From an uncultured Chloroflexia bacterium (lineage in GTDB: Bacteria; Chloroflexota; Limnocylindria; Limnocylindrales; CSP1-4): a stretch of DNA of 64,000 nt. The notes beneath the pieces are model-generated. The model was not told where the DNA came from and ran no database searches. It saw nothing but the letters and a program-made list of their open reading frames with translations. The position numbers and the translations under genes were made by a program. Shown piece by piece: positions 18,846 through 27,998 of this stretch. Position 1 is the first letter of the stretch; the number at the start of each line of letters is the position of its first letter. The stretch is taken from contig CAVVCZ010000006.1 of the NCBI GenBank assembly GCA_963746845.1, forward strand, positions 64,001-128,000. Direction: 5' to 3'.

Positions 18846-18863
18846 CCCCGTCGGCGGAACGCC

Positions 18864-19382
18864 CTAGGCCTCGGGACGCGACGGCGCGGGCGCCGCGAGA
18901 CCGTCCACGACCTCGACGTTGGGCAGGGTCAGCAGGATCGACGGCGGCGCGAGCACCTTCCACGACCGGCTGCCACCGCCGACGACGATCCGCTCGCGAG
19001 CCAGGACGGCGGCATCGACCCACAGCGGCAGATCGGCCGGCAGACCGAACACGGTCACGCCTCCGATCTCGTGCCCGGTCAGCTCCCTCGTCTCGTCGGG
19101 CGAGGCGAACGACGACTTGCGCCCGAACCGGCCCTTGACCACGCGGTTGACGTCGAGCCGATGGCTCGCCAGGACGACGCACGCGGCATGCATGGGCGGG
19201 TTGCCCTTGCCGACGACGATGATCGTGTTGGCCGAGTCCTCCAGCGCGAATCCGTAGGCGGCGCAGAATGCTGCCGTATCGGCGAGCGCCGGGTCGCACG
19301 CGAAGAGCTCGTACTCGCCGCGGCCGGCGAGCCAGCCCTCGAGCGCGCGCCGGTCCGCTTCCGCCGAGGGATCGATCACCAT
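18864..19382 (-). CDS. YbaK/EbsC family aminoacyl-tRNA editing protein
   Basis: CDPALADTAAFC, ELTGHEIGGVTVFG, VVGGGSRSWK. Confidence 0.88.
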   Translation of the reverse strand: MVIDPSAEADRRALEGWLAGRGEYELFACDPALADTAAFCAAYGFALEDSANTIIVVGKGNPPMHAACVVLASHRLDVNRVVKGRFGRKSSFASPDETRELTGHEIGGVTVFGLPADLPLWVDAAVLARERIVVGGGSRSWKVLAPPSILLTLPNVEVVDGLAAPAPSRPEA

Positions 19383-19410
19383 GCGGACACGGTAGCGGAG
19401 ACCGGATCCG

Positions 19411-20376
19411 TCAGGGCGTCCCCACGACCGTGACCGAGCCGACCCCGCCGGACAGGTCGATGTCCGCGCGGTTCGAGGCCGTGCCGTAGTCGGGTGATTC
19501 GAAGCCCGCGGCGGAGCGCGGGAACCGGGTCTCGTCGATCTGGCTGCTGCCGATCGTCATCCGGCTCTTGATCCGCGCCGCGACGCCCGTCGGGACCTCG
19601 ATCGTCAGCGACGCCGCGCCGGCCGATGCCCGGACGGTCGTCATGCCGGCCGCGCGCGGCAGCCGGATCCGCGTCTCGCTGGCGCCGCTCTGGATCTTGA
19701 CGCTGCGGACGGGCAGGTCCGCGAGATCGAGCATCGCGCGTGCCGCACCGGTCTGGAAGTCGAGATCCAGCGGGACCTCGCCGGTCAGCCCGATGGTCCA
19801 GTCCGAGCGCCGGTCCAGCCAGGGCATCCCGTACGAGGTGTCCTGGTGCAGCTCGACCTTGCCGGGACCCCGGTCCTTCGGGATGACCCCGCCCTCGAAC
19901 GTCCCGTCGACGAGGTTGCCCGGGGCGGCTCGGCCGGACGTGAGCGTGCCCGCCCCGAACTGGATCCGCACCGACGCCTCGCTCGCGTTCCCGAGCGGGA
20001 CGACGAGGTGCTCGTTCGGGCCGCTCCGGGGGATCAGGGCGCCGACCAGGAACCACACGCCGAGCGCGACGAGGAGCACCGGCCACCACTCGGTGAACAG
20101 GTCGAGCGGCGTCCGGCCGAGGTAGCCCGTCGTGCCGCCGAGGAACAGCAGCCCGACGACGATCGTGACGACCGGCCAGGTGAAGGCCCACAGACCGGAC
20201 ACGCTGTGCTCGCCGTTGACGATCACGGAGATGAAGCCCGCGATCCCCGCGAGGACCACGAACATCGGCCAGGCGACGCTCCAGTCCAGGTCGAGCAGCT
20301 GCCGGATGAGGAACAGCAGCCCGAGGCCGACGAGCCAGGTCCCGGCGATGATCGGCCCGCGGCGGTCGCCGCTCAC
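19411..20376 (-). CDS. LiaF-like TM repeats + toast-rack (DUF2154-like) domain
   Basis: WP-containing TM repeats followed by beta repeats (GAGTL, GAARAMLDL, GASETRIRLP, GGVGSVTV). Confidence 0.75.
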   Translation of the reverse strand: MSGDRRGPIIAGTWLVGLGLLFLIRQLLDLDWSVAWPMFVVLAGIAGFISVIVNGEHSVSGLWAFTWPVVTIVVGLLFLGGTTGYLGRTPLDLFTEWWPVLLVALGVWFLVGALIPRSGPNEHLVVPLGNASEASVRIQFGAGTLTSGRAAPGNLVDGTFEGGVIPKDRGPGKVELHQDTSYGMPWLDRRSDWTIGLTGEVPLDLDFQTGAARAMLDLADLPVRSVKIQSGASETRIRLPRAAGMTTVRASAGAASLTIEVPTGVAARIKSRMTIGSSQIDETRFPRSAAGFESPDYGTASNRADIDLSGGVGSVTVVGTP

Positions 20377-21005
20377 GTGCCCGCCCCGGGCCCGCCTGGC
20401 TCGGTGGGGCCACTGGGTCCGGTCGGGCCGCTCGGGCCGGTCGGGCCACTCGGGCCGCTCGGGCGGAAGGCCATCGCCAGGACGAGGATCCCGAGCGCGA
20501 CCAGCACCAGCGGCCAGAAGAAGTCGAAGTTGATCTGGGGGATGTACTCGCGGACGAGGAAGCCGACGCCGAGGAGGACGAGGAGTCCCCCGATGACGAT
20601 CGAGGCGGTTCGTCCGTCACCGTTGCGCGCTCGCCGCGCGGCGCGGCGTGCGTCGCGCTCGGCCGCCCGCTGGCTGCGCCAGTCCACCGTACCGGGTGGC
20701 TGGGTCGCGGCGGCGCCGGTCGTGCCGCCGGCCGCCGTGCGGCCCGCGGCACCCGGGGCGGCCGCGCCGGCCGGGACCGGACCCGTCGAGGGCGCCCACG
20801 GGGCGGCTCCGAGGTCGGGCTCCTCCGGCACGACGATCGCCATCACGATGTAGATGACGATCCCGATGCCGCCCGCGAGGACGAGCACCGCCCAGCCGAT
20901 CCGGACGAGCGAAGGGTCGAGGCCGAGATAGTCGGCGAGTCCGCCCGCGACGCCGGCGATCATCCGGTCGTCGCGCGATCGATAGAGACGCGCGCCCGTG
21001 CCCAT
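20373..21005 (-). CDS. PspC domain protein with LiaF-like TM tail
   Basis: RLYRSRDDRMIAGVAGGLADYLGLDPSLVR...YIVMAIVVPEE. Confidence 0.9.
   Translation of the reverse strand: MGTGARLYRSRDDRMIAGVAGGLADYLGLDPSLVRIGWAVLVLAGGIGIVIYIVMAIVVPEEPDLGAAPWAPSTGPVPAGAAAPGAAGRTAAGGTTGAAATQPPGTVDWRSQRAAERDARRAARRARNGDGRTASIVIGGLLVLLGVGFLVREYIPQINFDFFWPLVLVALGILVLAMAFRPSGPSGPTGPSGPTGPSGPTEPGGPGAGT
20395..20465 (-). repeat. 9-nt tandem repeat encoding (GPS/GPT)n at the PspC C-terminus
   Basis: PSGPSGPTGPSGPTGPSGPTE. Confidence 0.7.
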
Positions 21006-21964
21006 CAGCAGCCTCCGTTCGGGTCCAGGTTGAAGGCGGCGGCGTTGCCTTCGACATGGAGCGAGATCGTGCCGGCGTCACCCTGTGCCGGTCGCGTCCA
21101 GATCGTGCCGTCGCGGGACAGGTTCCGCGACGACAGGTTCGTCGCGAACGTCAGCTGCTCCTCGACATCGAGGCGGAGCCCGGACGTCGGCGGGACGCAG
21201 ATGTCCAGTGCGCCGGCGTTGACCGAGACGCTGCCGGTCGTGTTGCCTCCACCGAGGGTGAGCCGCATCCGGCCGGCGTTCATCGTCATCTCGACCGACT
21301 TCACGGTCGCCGAGCCCGCGTTGAGCCGCAGGTCTCCGGCGTTCAGGTCGGTCTGGAGGCGGTCGAGGGCCGCCGACCCGAGATCGACGTTCGAGCTCGC
21401 GGCGTTGGCCTCGATCTCGAACGCGGTGAGCGATGCCGCCGGGACACGGATCGTCCAGTCCTGGCGACGATCCGTCCCCGTCGGGGCACGGACGTCGAGG
21501 CTGGCGGCGGCAGCGTCGATCGTCGGTGGCTCGCCGCGATACGCGGCGTGGACGGTCCAGGTCGGGTCATCGCCCGCACGGAAGTCGATCGATCCGCAGT
21601 CCAGGTTCAGGTTGACCTGGGTGGGACCGCTGAACGTGCCCGACTTGTCGACCTGGGCGTTGGTGTCGTTGCCGAAGCCGCAGGCCCCGACCGCGCCCAG
21701 CCAGAAGCTGCCGCTCGCGAGGGCGGCCCCGCCCATCGTGCCGAGGGTCAGGGCCATGACGATCAGGCCGACGAGCGCCAGTCGGGTCCGGCTGCCGAGG
21801 ATCAGGATCCCGACGCCGATAACGACCAGCGGCCACAGGCGCCAGGCGTCAGCGAGGCGGCTGGCGTCGATCTGGCCGCCCCGGGTGAGGAGCGGGATCG
21901 CGCCGAGCGGGATCAGGAAGAGCCCCCAGAAGAGGAGGCCGCGCCGAATGCGCATGGCATCCAC
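21005..21964 (-). CDS. LiaF-like TM + DUF4097/toast-rack beta-repeat protein
   Basis: WRLWPL TM motif; NAGDL/NAGRM/NAGAL beta repeats; start 21964 or 21955. Confidence 0.72.
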   Translation of the reverse strand: MDAMRIRRGLLFWGLFLIPLGAIPLLTRGGQIDASRLADAWRLWPLVVIGVGILILGSRTRLALVGLIVMALTLGTMGGAALASGSFWLGAVGACGFGNDTNAQVDKSGTFSGPTQVNLNLDCGSIDFRAGDDPTWTVHAAYRGEPPTIDAAAASLDVRAPTGTDRRQDWTIRVPAASLTAFEIEANAASSNVDLGSAALDRLQTDLNAGDLRLNAGSATVKSVEMTMNAGRMRLTLGGGNTTGSVSVNAGALDICVPPTSGLRLDVEEQLTFATNLSSRNLSRDGTIWTRPAQGDAGTISLHVEGNAAAFNLDPNGGC

Positions 21965-22104
21965 CGTTCGAGCAGGTTCGGGGGTGCGCCGCGGGCATTG
22001 GCGCAGCCACGCGTTCGAGTGGCGACCCCATCGTCGCCGACCGCGTCAACGGTCGCGTGTGCCGAATGTCACGGCCGTCGCGGCCGAATGTCGTGTTGTC
22101 GCGG

Positions 22105-22455
22105 TCAGCCGGATCCGCCGGTCGTGGCATGGCTCCGACCGGAGCCGCCCTGGCTCGGCCGGATCCGCGTCGTGCCGGTGCCGGACGAGCCCGAGGAGCC
22201 CGAACCGCTGCCGCCGACCCGGTTGGGGTCGGTCACGGTGGTCCGCGGCGCGGGGGTTGCCGTCGTCCCCGACCCGCCGCCGTCCACGTCGCTCGCCCTC
22301 GTCGCGCCCGGGACACCGGACCACGACGCGGCGGCGAGCAGGCTGAACCCGGCCGTCCCCGCGACGCCGGCGACGGCCGCGACCCGGGTGAGCGACCGAT
22401 GCCGGTCGATCGCCCGGCGCCGGCGGTGGATGTGGATCCCGGAGTCGCCGGTCAT
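22105..22455 (-). CDS. Membrane-anchored/exported low-complexity protein ending ATTGGSG (putative ApbE substrate)
   Basis: Arg-rich N-terminus, one hydrophobic helix, Gly/Ser/Thr tail; start overlaps the ferredoxin stop. Confidence 0.72.
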   Translation of the reverse strand: MTGDSGIHIHRRRRAIDRHRSLTRVAAVAGVAGTAGFSLLAAASWSGVPGATRASDVDGGGSGTTATPAPRTTVTDPNRVGGSGSGSSGSSGTGTTRIRPSQGGSGRSHATTGGSG

Positions 22456-22721
22456 CGGCGGTTCCCCGGTCCCGCCGGACGCCGCACGAGGCGGAGCGCC
22501 AGGACGGGGCAGACCGCCGCGGCGCGGCGAGCGTGGTCCATCAGCTCGTCCGGGATCCCGCCCGGGCGGATGATCGGATAGCCCCAGTCGTCGAGGTCGA
22601 CGACCTCCGGGAGCAGCTCCGCGCACATCCCGAAGCCGTCACACGCGATCCGATCGACGACCAGCTCGACGGATCCGGGCGTGTCCCGGGCGGACGGGGT
22701 CCGCGTCGTCGCGAAGGCCAT
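22452..22721 (-). CDS. Ferredoxin
   Basis: VDRIACDGFGMCAELLPE...LDDWGYP...AAAVCPVLAL. Confidence 0.88.
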   Translation of the reverse strand: MAFATTRTPSARDTPGSVELVVDRIACDGFGMCAELLPEVVDLDDWGYPIIRPGGIPDELMDHARRAAAVCPVLALRLVRRPAGPGNRR

Positions 22722-22722
22722 C

Positions 22723-23970
22723 TCAGGCCACCTGCCGTCCCGTGCCCTGCCACGAGCCGATCTCGCGCGAGCACGTGCGACGGACCTGGTGGAGGTCCCA
22801 TTCGGCGCCGAAGACCCGGAGCGAGCTCAGGACGTGGCCGACCGCGCCGTCCGGATGCCGGCACGCGCCGCGGCCCGACAGCTGGCGCGACCAGCGCTCG
22901 ATCCGCTCCAGGTCGTCGCGCTCCGCCGTGCCTCCGGCCAGCCGGGCGGTCGCGTCCGCGATTGCCCGCAGCCCGAACACGCACGGTCCGCACTGGGCCG
23001 CGCTCTGGCCGGCCATGTAGCCCATGATCGTGGCGGTCGCCCGGACGCCGCAGCGGTCGTTGCCGAGGAACGCCACGACGCCCGCGCCGAACGCCGAGCC
23101 CGCCTCGCGCAGGGCGACCGGGTCCAGCGGGAGGTCCCAGCCGCGTTCGGCCGACATCCAGCCGCCGAAGTAGCCGCCGACGAGCACGGCCTGGCGATCG
23201 GTCGCGCGCTTGCCCGCGCCGGCCTCCGCTGCGAGCTCCCCGACGGTCGTCCCGATCTCGATCTCGCGGACGCCGTGATGGTCGGCCCCGCTGATCGTGA
23301 CGAGGGCCGTTCCTGGGGTGGCTGCGCGGCCGCGCTCGCGGTACCACCCGTCGCCGTGCCGGGCGATCAGCGCCGCGTGAGCGAGGCTCTCCACGTTCTG
23401 GACGAGCGTCGGTCGACCGTCGATCCCGCGCTCGAAGGGCCGCGGTGGCTTCGTCGTGGGCCGTGCGTCGGCGGTGTTGACGAAATGGACGGCGGCGGAT
23501 TCCTCGCCGGCGACGTAGGTGTCGGGCGCGTCGAACAGCTGGATGGGGACGCGGAGGTCCGGCCGCTCGCGGATCGCCCGGTCGACCGACGCCCGGGCGG
23601 CCCGATGGACCGCCCCGACGTAGAGGGCGATGCGGTCGGCACCGACGGCGTCCGCGGCGATCAGCGCCCCGTCCAGGACGAGGTGCGGCCGGAGCTCGAG
23701 CAGGACCCGGTCCTTGGCACTGAGCGGCTCGCCCTCGGCGCCGTTGACGAGCACCGCCGGGGCGCCGGCGTCCTGGCCGGCGACCGAGCGCCACTTCCGT
23801 CCGACGGGGAAGCCCGCGCCGCCCCGGCCGAGCAGGCCGCTCGCCTCGAGCACGGGGATCGCCTCGGCCGCCTCACGGCCGCGCGGGATGCCGCCCATCC
23901 GGGCCACGTGGTTGGCAAGGGACTCCGGTCCGTGGTCGGCCGGCGGCCCGGCGACGAGTCGGGCCTCCAT
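22723..23970 (-). CDS. Stand-alone NuoF-like FMN/4Fe-4S NADH-oxidising protein
   Basis: GLLGRGGAGFP, NGAEGEP, YVAGEE, QNVESL, CGPCVFG, GRGACRHPDG; start MEARL. Confidence 0.88.
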   Translation of the reverse strand: MEARLVAGPPADHGPESLANHVARMGGIPRGREAAEAIPVLEASGLLGRGGAGFPVGRKWRSVAGQDAGAPAVLVNGAEGEPLSAKDRVLLELRPHLVLDGALIAADAVGADRIALYVGAVHRAARASVDRAIRERPDLRVPIQLFDAPDTYVAGEESAAVHFVNTADARPTTKPPRPFERGIDGRPTLVQNVESLAHAALIARHGDGWYRERGRAATPGTALVTISGADHHGVREIEIGTTVGELAAEAGAGKRATDRQAVLVGGYFGGWMSAERGWDLPLDPVALREAGSAFGAGVVAFLGNDRCGVRATATIMGYMAGQSAAQCGPCVFGLRAIADATARLAGGTAERDDLERIERWSRQLSGRGACRHPDGAVGHVLSSLRVFGAEWDLHQVRRTCSREIGSWQGTGRQVA

Positions 23971-24572
23971 CAGTCGTTCCTCCACGCCGTCTCGACCGCG
24001 ACGGGATCGGCCGTTCCCGCGGTCACGGCGCCGAGTCGCTCGCGGTTCGTCTCGCCGGCGGTGAGACGCCAGAGAAGGCACGCCCCGACCGCGACGATGC
24101 ACGACGCGGTGACGAGCAGCATCCAGGGATCGAGCGTGTCGCTCCCGGACGTGATCGAGTGGGCGACCGCGAGCGGCCACGCACCGTAGGCGGCCCAGTG
24201 GACCGTCCGCCAGATCCGGCTCCCGATCCGCTCGCGGAGGAGGCTCGTGACGATGACCGCCAGGGCGAGGTCCATCGAGATCACACCGAGCCCCACGGCG
24301 ATCGGCCGGTAGGACGACGCGAGCGGGATGATCGCGGCGGCGATCCCGAGGGACGTGAACGGGTCAAGGATCGCGGTGACGATGTGGAGGGCCAGGAACG
24401 CGACGGACAGCAGCGCGAGGCTCCGATGCAGCTCGACGGTGAGGAACCGCGGCCAGGCGGCGGACTGGGTGCGGGCGACCGCGAGCAGGCCGAGGCAGGC
24501 CACGGCGCTGAACAGGATCAGCGACACGACGCCGGAGCCGCGGGTCGCGAACCACAGGATCTGGGTGCTCAT
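23970..24572 (-). CDS. Ferric-reductase-like transmembrane heme protein (MsrQ-like)
   Basis: WFATRGSG, ELHRSL, ALH, WRTVHWAAY, VAH: four heme-ligand His. Confidence 0.87.
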   Translation of the reverse strand: MSTQILWFATRGSGVVSLILFSAVACLGLLAVARTQSAAWPRFLTVELHRSLALLSVAFLALHIVTAILDPFTSLGIAAAIIPLASSYRPIAVGLGVISMDLALAVIVTSLLRERIGSRIWRTVHWAAYGAWPLAVAHSITSGSDTLDPWMLLVTASCIVAVGACLLWRLTAGETNRERLGAVTAGTADPVAVETAWRND

Positions 24573-25546
24573 GGTCGAGATCTCTCGTCGGTGGCGATCG
24601 GTGACGGCCAGCCGTTGATCCGTACGATCTCACCATCGACGGAAACCAGTCGGGCGGGGTGGTCGACGGTGTTGAGCCAGGCGAGGCCGTCGACCCCGAG
24701 GACGATCGCCGCGGTCGCGGCGGTGTTCGCGTCGATGCACGTCGGGGCGGCGACGGTCACGGTCCGCCAGGGGGAGTCGGCGGGCCCACCGGTCCGGGGA
24801 TCGACGAGGTGGTGCAACGACACCGTCCCGCGACGCCAGCGCCGGACGGTCGTGCTCGAGGTGGCGAGCGCTCCCCCGTCCAGGGCGATCGTCTCGCCCT
24901 CACCGTCGGGCGGGGTCTCGCTGTTCTCCGCGATGAGGATCCGCCAGCCGCCGTCCGGAGCCGCGCCCACCATCGCGATGTCGCCGCCGAGCGAGACGAG
25001 GACCCCGGGCCTCGTGGCCGGATCCCCGTCGGCGGTCGCCAGGGCCGCGGCGGCGGCGAGGTCCGCCGCGAGGGCCTTGCCGGTCGATCCGAGATCCAGC
25101 TCCACACCGGGCCGGAGACGGACCTCTCGGCGGGGACGTGACACGTCGACCGTCTCCCAGCCGGGGATCGGCTCGAGCCGAAGGTCGATCGGGCCGGTCC
25201 GGTCGGCGAGCGCCGCGAAGTCCCGGTCGTAGCCGATCGCCCGCATCGCCCGCCCGACGGTCGGGTCGACGGCGCCGTCGGTCTCCCGGGCCGCCCGCAT
25301 GGCGACGTCGATCGCCTCGGCGAGGAGCGGGCTCACCGAGACGGATGCACCCGCGCGGTCATTGAGCCGGACGAGCTCGCTGTCGGGCCGGAACCGGCTG
25401 TACGTCCGGTCGATGTCGTCGAGGAGCGCCTCGACGGCGTGCCGGGCCGGAGCCAGGTCCAGACCGTGGACGACGAGCCGGACGCCCGTCCCGAGAGAGC
25501 GCCAGGTCGCCGAGCGGACGTCCGTATCGGACGCGGGGGCCGTCAT
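24569..25546 (-). CDS. apbE: FAD:protein FMN transferase
   Basis: LGT, SRFRPDSEL, GAVDPTVG, LDLGSTGKA, SLGGDI, ATSS, HHLVDPRTG, DANTAATA; no signal peptide. Confidence 0.93.
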   Translation of the reverse strand: MTAPASDTDVRSATWRSLGTGVRLVVHGLDLAPARHAVEALLDDIDRTYSRFRPDSELVRLNDRAGASVSVSPLLAEAIDVAMRAARETDGAVDPTVGRAMRAIGYDRDFAALADRTGPIDLRLEPIPGWETVDVSRPRREVRLRPGVELDLGSTGKALAADLAAAAALATADGDPATRPGVLVSLGGDIAMVGAAPDGGWRILIAENSETPPDGEGETIALDGGALATSSTTVRRWRRGTVSLHHLVDPRTGGPADSPWRTVTVAAPTCIDANTAATAAIVLGVDGLAWLNTVDHPARLVSVDGEIVRINGWPSPIATDERSRP

Positions 25547-25917
25547 GAGCCGCCGGTTGTCGCCTGGGCGGCGCCGCCCGTCGAGGTGACGGTCGGGCTC
25601 GTGGCGGTCGTCGTCGGCGTCGTGGTCGCCGCGCTCGTGTCGGTGGTGGTCGTGTCGCTCGCGCTCGTGTCGCTCGTGCCCGTGTCGTCGTCCGACGCCG
25701 CATCCGTCGTCCCGGCGTCGATCGTGATCGCCGCGGTGGTGACGCCGTCGACGATCGTGCCACGATCCGTGAGGGCGGCCAACCCACCGAACGCCCCCGC
25801 GGCCGCGATGCTCGCGATCGTCGAGCCGATCGTCAGGCGGCGAAGGCGAGCGACGGCTCGATCCCGATCGGCGGAGCTGCGCTGGGTGGCGGGGCGGCGG
25901 TGGGCAGCGGGCTTCAT
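25543..25917 (-). CDS. Membrane-anchored/exported Thr/Ser-rich protein ending ATTGGS (putative ApbE substrate)
   Basis: RLRRLT + hydrophobic helix + disordered T/S/D tail; stop overlaps the apbE start. Confidence 0.72.
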   Translation of the reverse strand: MKPAAHRRPATQRSSADRDRAVARLRRLTIGSTIASIAAAGAFGGLAALTDRGTIVDGVTTAAITIDAGTTDAASDDDTGTSDTSASDTTTTDTSAATTTPTTTATSPTVTSTGGAAQATTGGS

Positions 25918-26044
25918 GGCGTCAGGGTGGCCGATGTTTCTGCGGGTTCTCTGACAACGATCCACGGCGTTTCGACAGGATCGGCGGCAACCCCGCGACG
26001 AGGGTGACCGGGGCATCCCCGCCTGAACGACCGGGTGAGGCTCG

Positions 26045-27028
26045 TCAGAGGTCGGCGAAGGCCCGGCGAGTGACGAGGGCCCCGACGACGACCAGCGCGA
26101 GGGCAGCCGCGATCGGCAGGAGCGGGAGACCGTCACCCGCCGGGGCCGCTCCCGGCGCTGTCGCCGGACCCGGCGTCGCGCGGGCCCCCCCGCCGCCCGG
26201 AAGCGACACCCGGGTCGTCAGGCTCGGCACGAATTCGTCGACGCCGCCCTCGCCGGGGATCGCCACCCGGAGCGCGACGTCTCCGCCGGTCGGGATCGTG
26301 ATGGAGCCGGTGTAGAGACCCGGGACCGACTCGTTCGCCCGGAGCGGCGCCCGGGCGATGTCGGTACCTCGGGGCGGCGACGCCACGACGACCAGCTCGT
26401 GCGGCAGCCCCAGGCTGGCCGGGTCCCAATCGGCGAGGGGGGCGAGGATGACCGTCACGATGAGCGGGCGGCCGGGCTGGGCCGCGTCCAGCGGCTGCAT
26501 CGTCGCGCTGACGAGCGCGGAGCGGGGCGCGTCCGGCGGGGGCCCGATCCCCATCATCGTGAACGGGGCTTCCTCCACGCCGCAGACGCCGCTGGCGTCG
26601 CAGACCCTCCCCTGGAGCCCGACCTCGATCCGCCCGAGGCCGCCGTCCGGGATCTTGACCGTCGCCGTCAGGTGCCCGGGCCAGTCGGCCTGCATGGCGG
26701 CCACCGACGGTTCGTCATCGCCCTTCGCCGGATGGACCTTCAGGTAGGCGCCGTTCTGTGGTGCAAGCCGCGCAATCGTCGGGTCCCACAGCGTCACCCC
26801 GATGGTTACGGACTGGCCGTCGGGGACGTCGGGCGGCAGGGCGGTGTCGATCCAGGCCTGGATGCGCAGCTGGCCGGGAACCTCCACCGAGGGTTGGGGA
26901 CCGCCCGGAGGCGCGCTGGGTGAGGCCCCGGAGGCGAAGGAGCCCGGACCGGCCGCGACGAGGGTGACGGCGGCGATCCCGGAGACGGCGAGGAGGCGCC
27001 GGATCGACGACCGGGACGGGTGGGCCAT
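26045..27028 (-). CDS. Secreted hypothetical protein with C-terminal TM anchor
   Basis: Signal peptide, beta-rich body, terminal hydrophobic helix plus RR. Confidence 0.68.
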   Translation of the reverse strand: MAHPSRSSIRRLLAVSGIAAVTLVAAGPGSFASGASPSAPPGGPQPSVEVPGQLRIQAWIDTALPPDVPDGQSVTIGVTLWDPTIARLAPQNGAYLKVHPAKGDDEPSVAAMQADWPGHLTATVKIPDGGLGRIEVGLQGRVCDASGVCGVEEAPFTMMGIGPPPDAPRSALVSATMQPLDAAQPGRPLIVTVILAPLADWDPASLGLPHELVVVASPPRGTDIARAPLRANESVPGLYTGSITIPTGGDVALRVAIPGEGGVDEFVPSLTTRVSLPGGGGARATPGPATAPGAAPAGDGLPLLPIAAALALVVVGALVTRRAFADL

Positions 27029-27064
27029 GCCTTCTTGTACACGCCCGACCGACCCGGGGTTCGC

Positions 27065-27889
27065 TCACCCTGTCGGCGCGGCGATCCCCGGCCGACGACG
27101 CTCGTGGAGCAGGAAGAACCCGGCCATCGTGCCCGTCATGACCAGCAGCGCGACGACGTACCCGATCGTCGTGCCGCGAGCGAGCAGGTCGTTCCGGAAC
27201 ACCGCCGCGGTCACGAGCAGCGCGACACCATTGAGCACGAACAATGCCGATGCCGTCCGGATCTCGTCCCAGTCGGTCGCGAACGCCATCGTCCCGCACC
27301 AGATGGACCAGCCGAGGAACCACGCGGCGACGATCCGGGCGTCGAGCCCGTTCAGCTCCCACGCCCAGCGCGTATTCGCGAACTCCGGCTGGGCGACGAG
27401 GAACAGGCCCTGCATCAGGAGGAGACCCGTCACCAGGACGAGGAACTTCCGGAACAGCGAGTGGATCGGGCCGCCCGACACCGGGGCCGGCGCGAACAGG
27501 ATCCCGCGCGGGATCAGGTAGACCATCGTCACCGGCTCGAAGATGTAGAGGATGATCCAGATGTGGGCCAGCGGCGTCTGGGACGGGGGCCAGTGGAACT
27601 CGGTCAGGTGCCAGTACGTGGCGAACAGGAGCGTCCCGGTGAACGCGATGTTCCCCCACACGATCCAGCGCAGGCGGTACCAGTTGCCCTCGCGGGCGGC
27701 GTTCAGGAAGAAGAACGTCCGGAAGACATAGCCGGCGCCGATGAAGGCCTGGGCGTAGCGGGGATGGACGTCCCAGGCGAAGTAGTCGGCGACCTGGTCG
27801 GGGAAGAACAGCATCCAGATCGCGAACCAGGCCGCGGCGGCCGCGCCGAGATAGCCCCAGATCGCCTGGTTCCGTCGCGACGCGAGCAT
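27065..27889 (-). CDS. Multi-pass membrane protein (internally duplicated halves)
   Basis: About 8 TM; FAWDV..A.FIGA versus WAWEL..ARIVAAW repeat. Confidence 0.75.
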   Translation of the reverse strand: MLASRRNQAIWGYLGAAAAAWFAIWMLFFPDQVADYFAWDVHPRYAQAFIGAGYVFRTFFFLNAAREGNWYRLRWIVWGNIAFTGTLLFATYWHLTEFHWPPSQTPLAHIWIILYIFEPVTMVYLIPRGILFAPAPVSGGPIHSLFRKFLVLVTGLLLMQGLFLVAQPEFANTRWAWELNGLDARIVAAWFLGWSIWCGTMAFATDWDEIRTASALFVLNGVALLVTAAVFRNDLLARGTTIGYVVALLVMTGTMAGFFLLHERRRPGIAAPTG

Positions 27890-27998
27890 TCGATCCCTCC
27901 TCGGCCGGGCTCCGGATGGCCCGACGGAACGTAGGGGACGGCCGTCTCGTCGCTGTCGCGGCGCGGCGTCGTCGCCGGGGGTCGCGGGCCGGGCCGGA

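Noticed and set aside
22723-23970. Complex I (nuo) operon
   Set aside because: Only a lone NuoF-like gene; no other nuo subunits nearby
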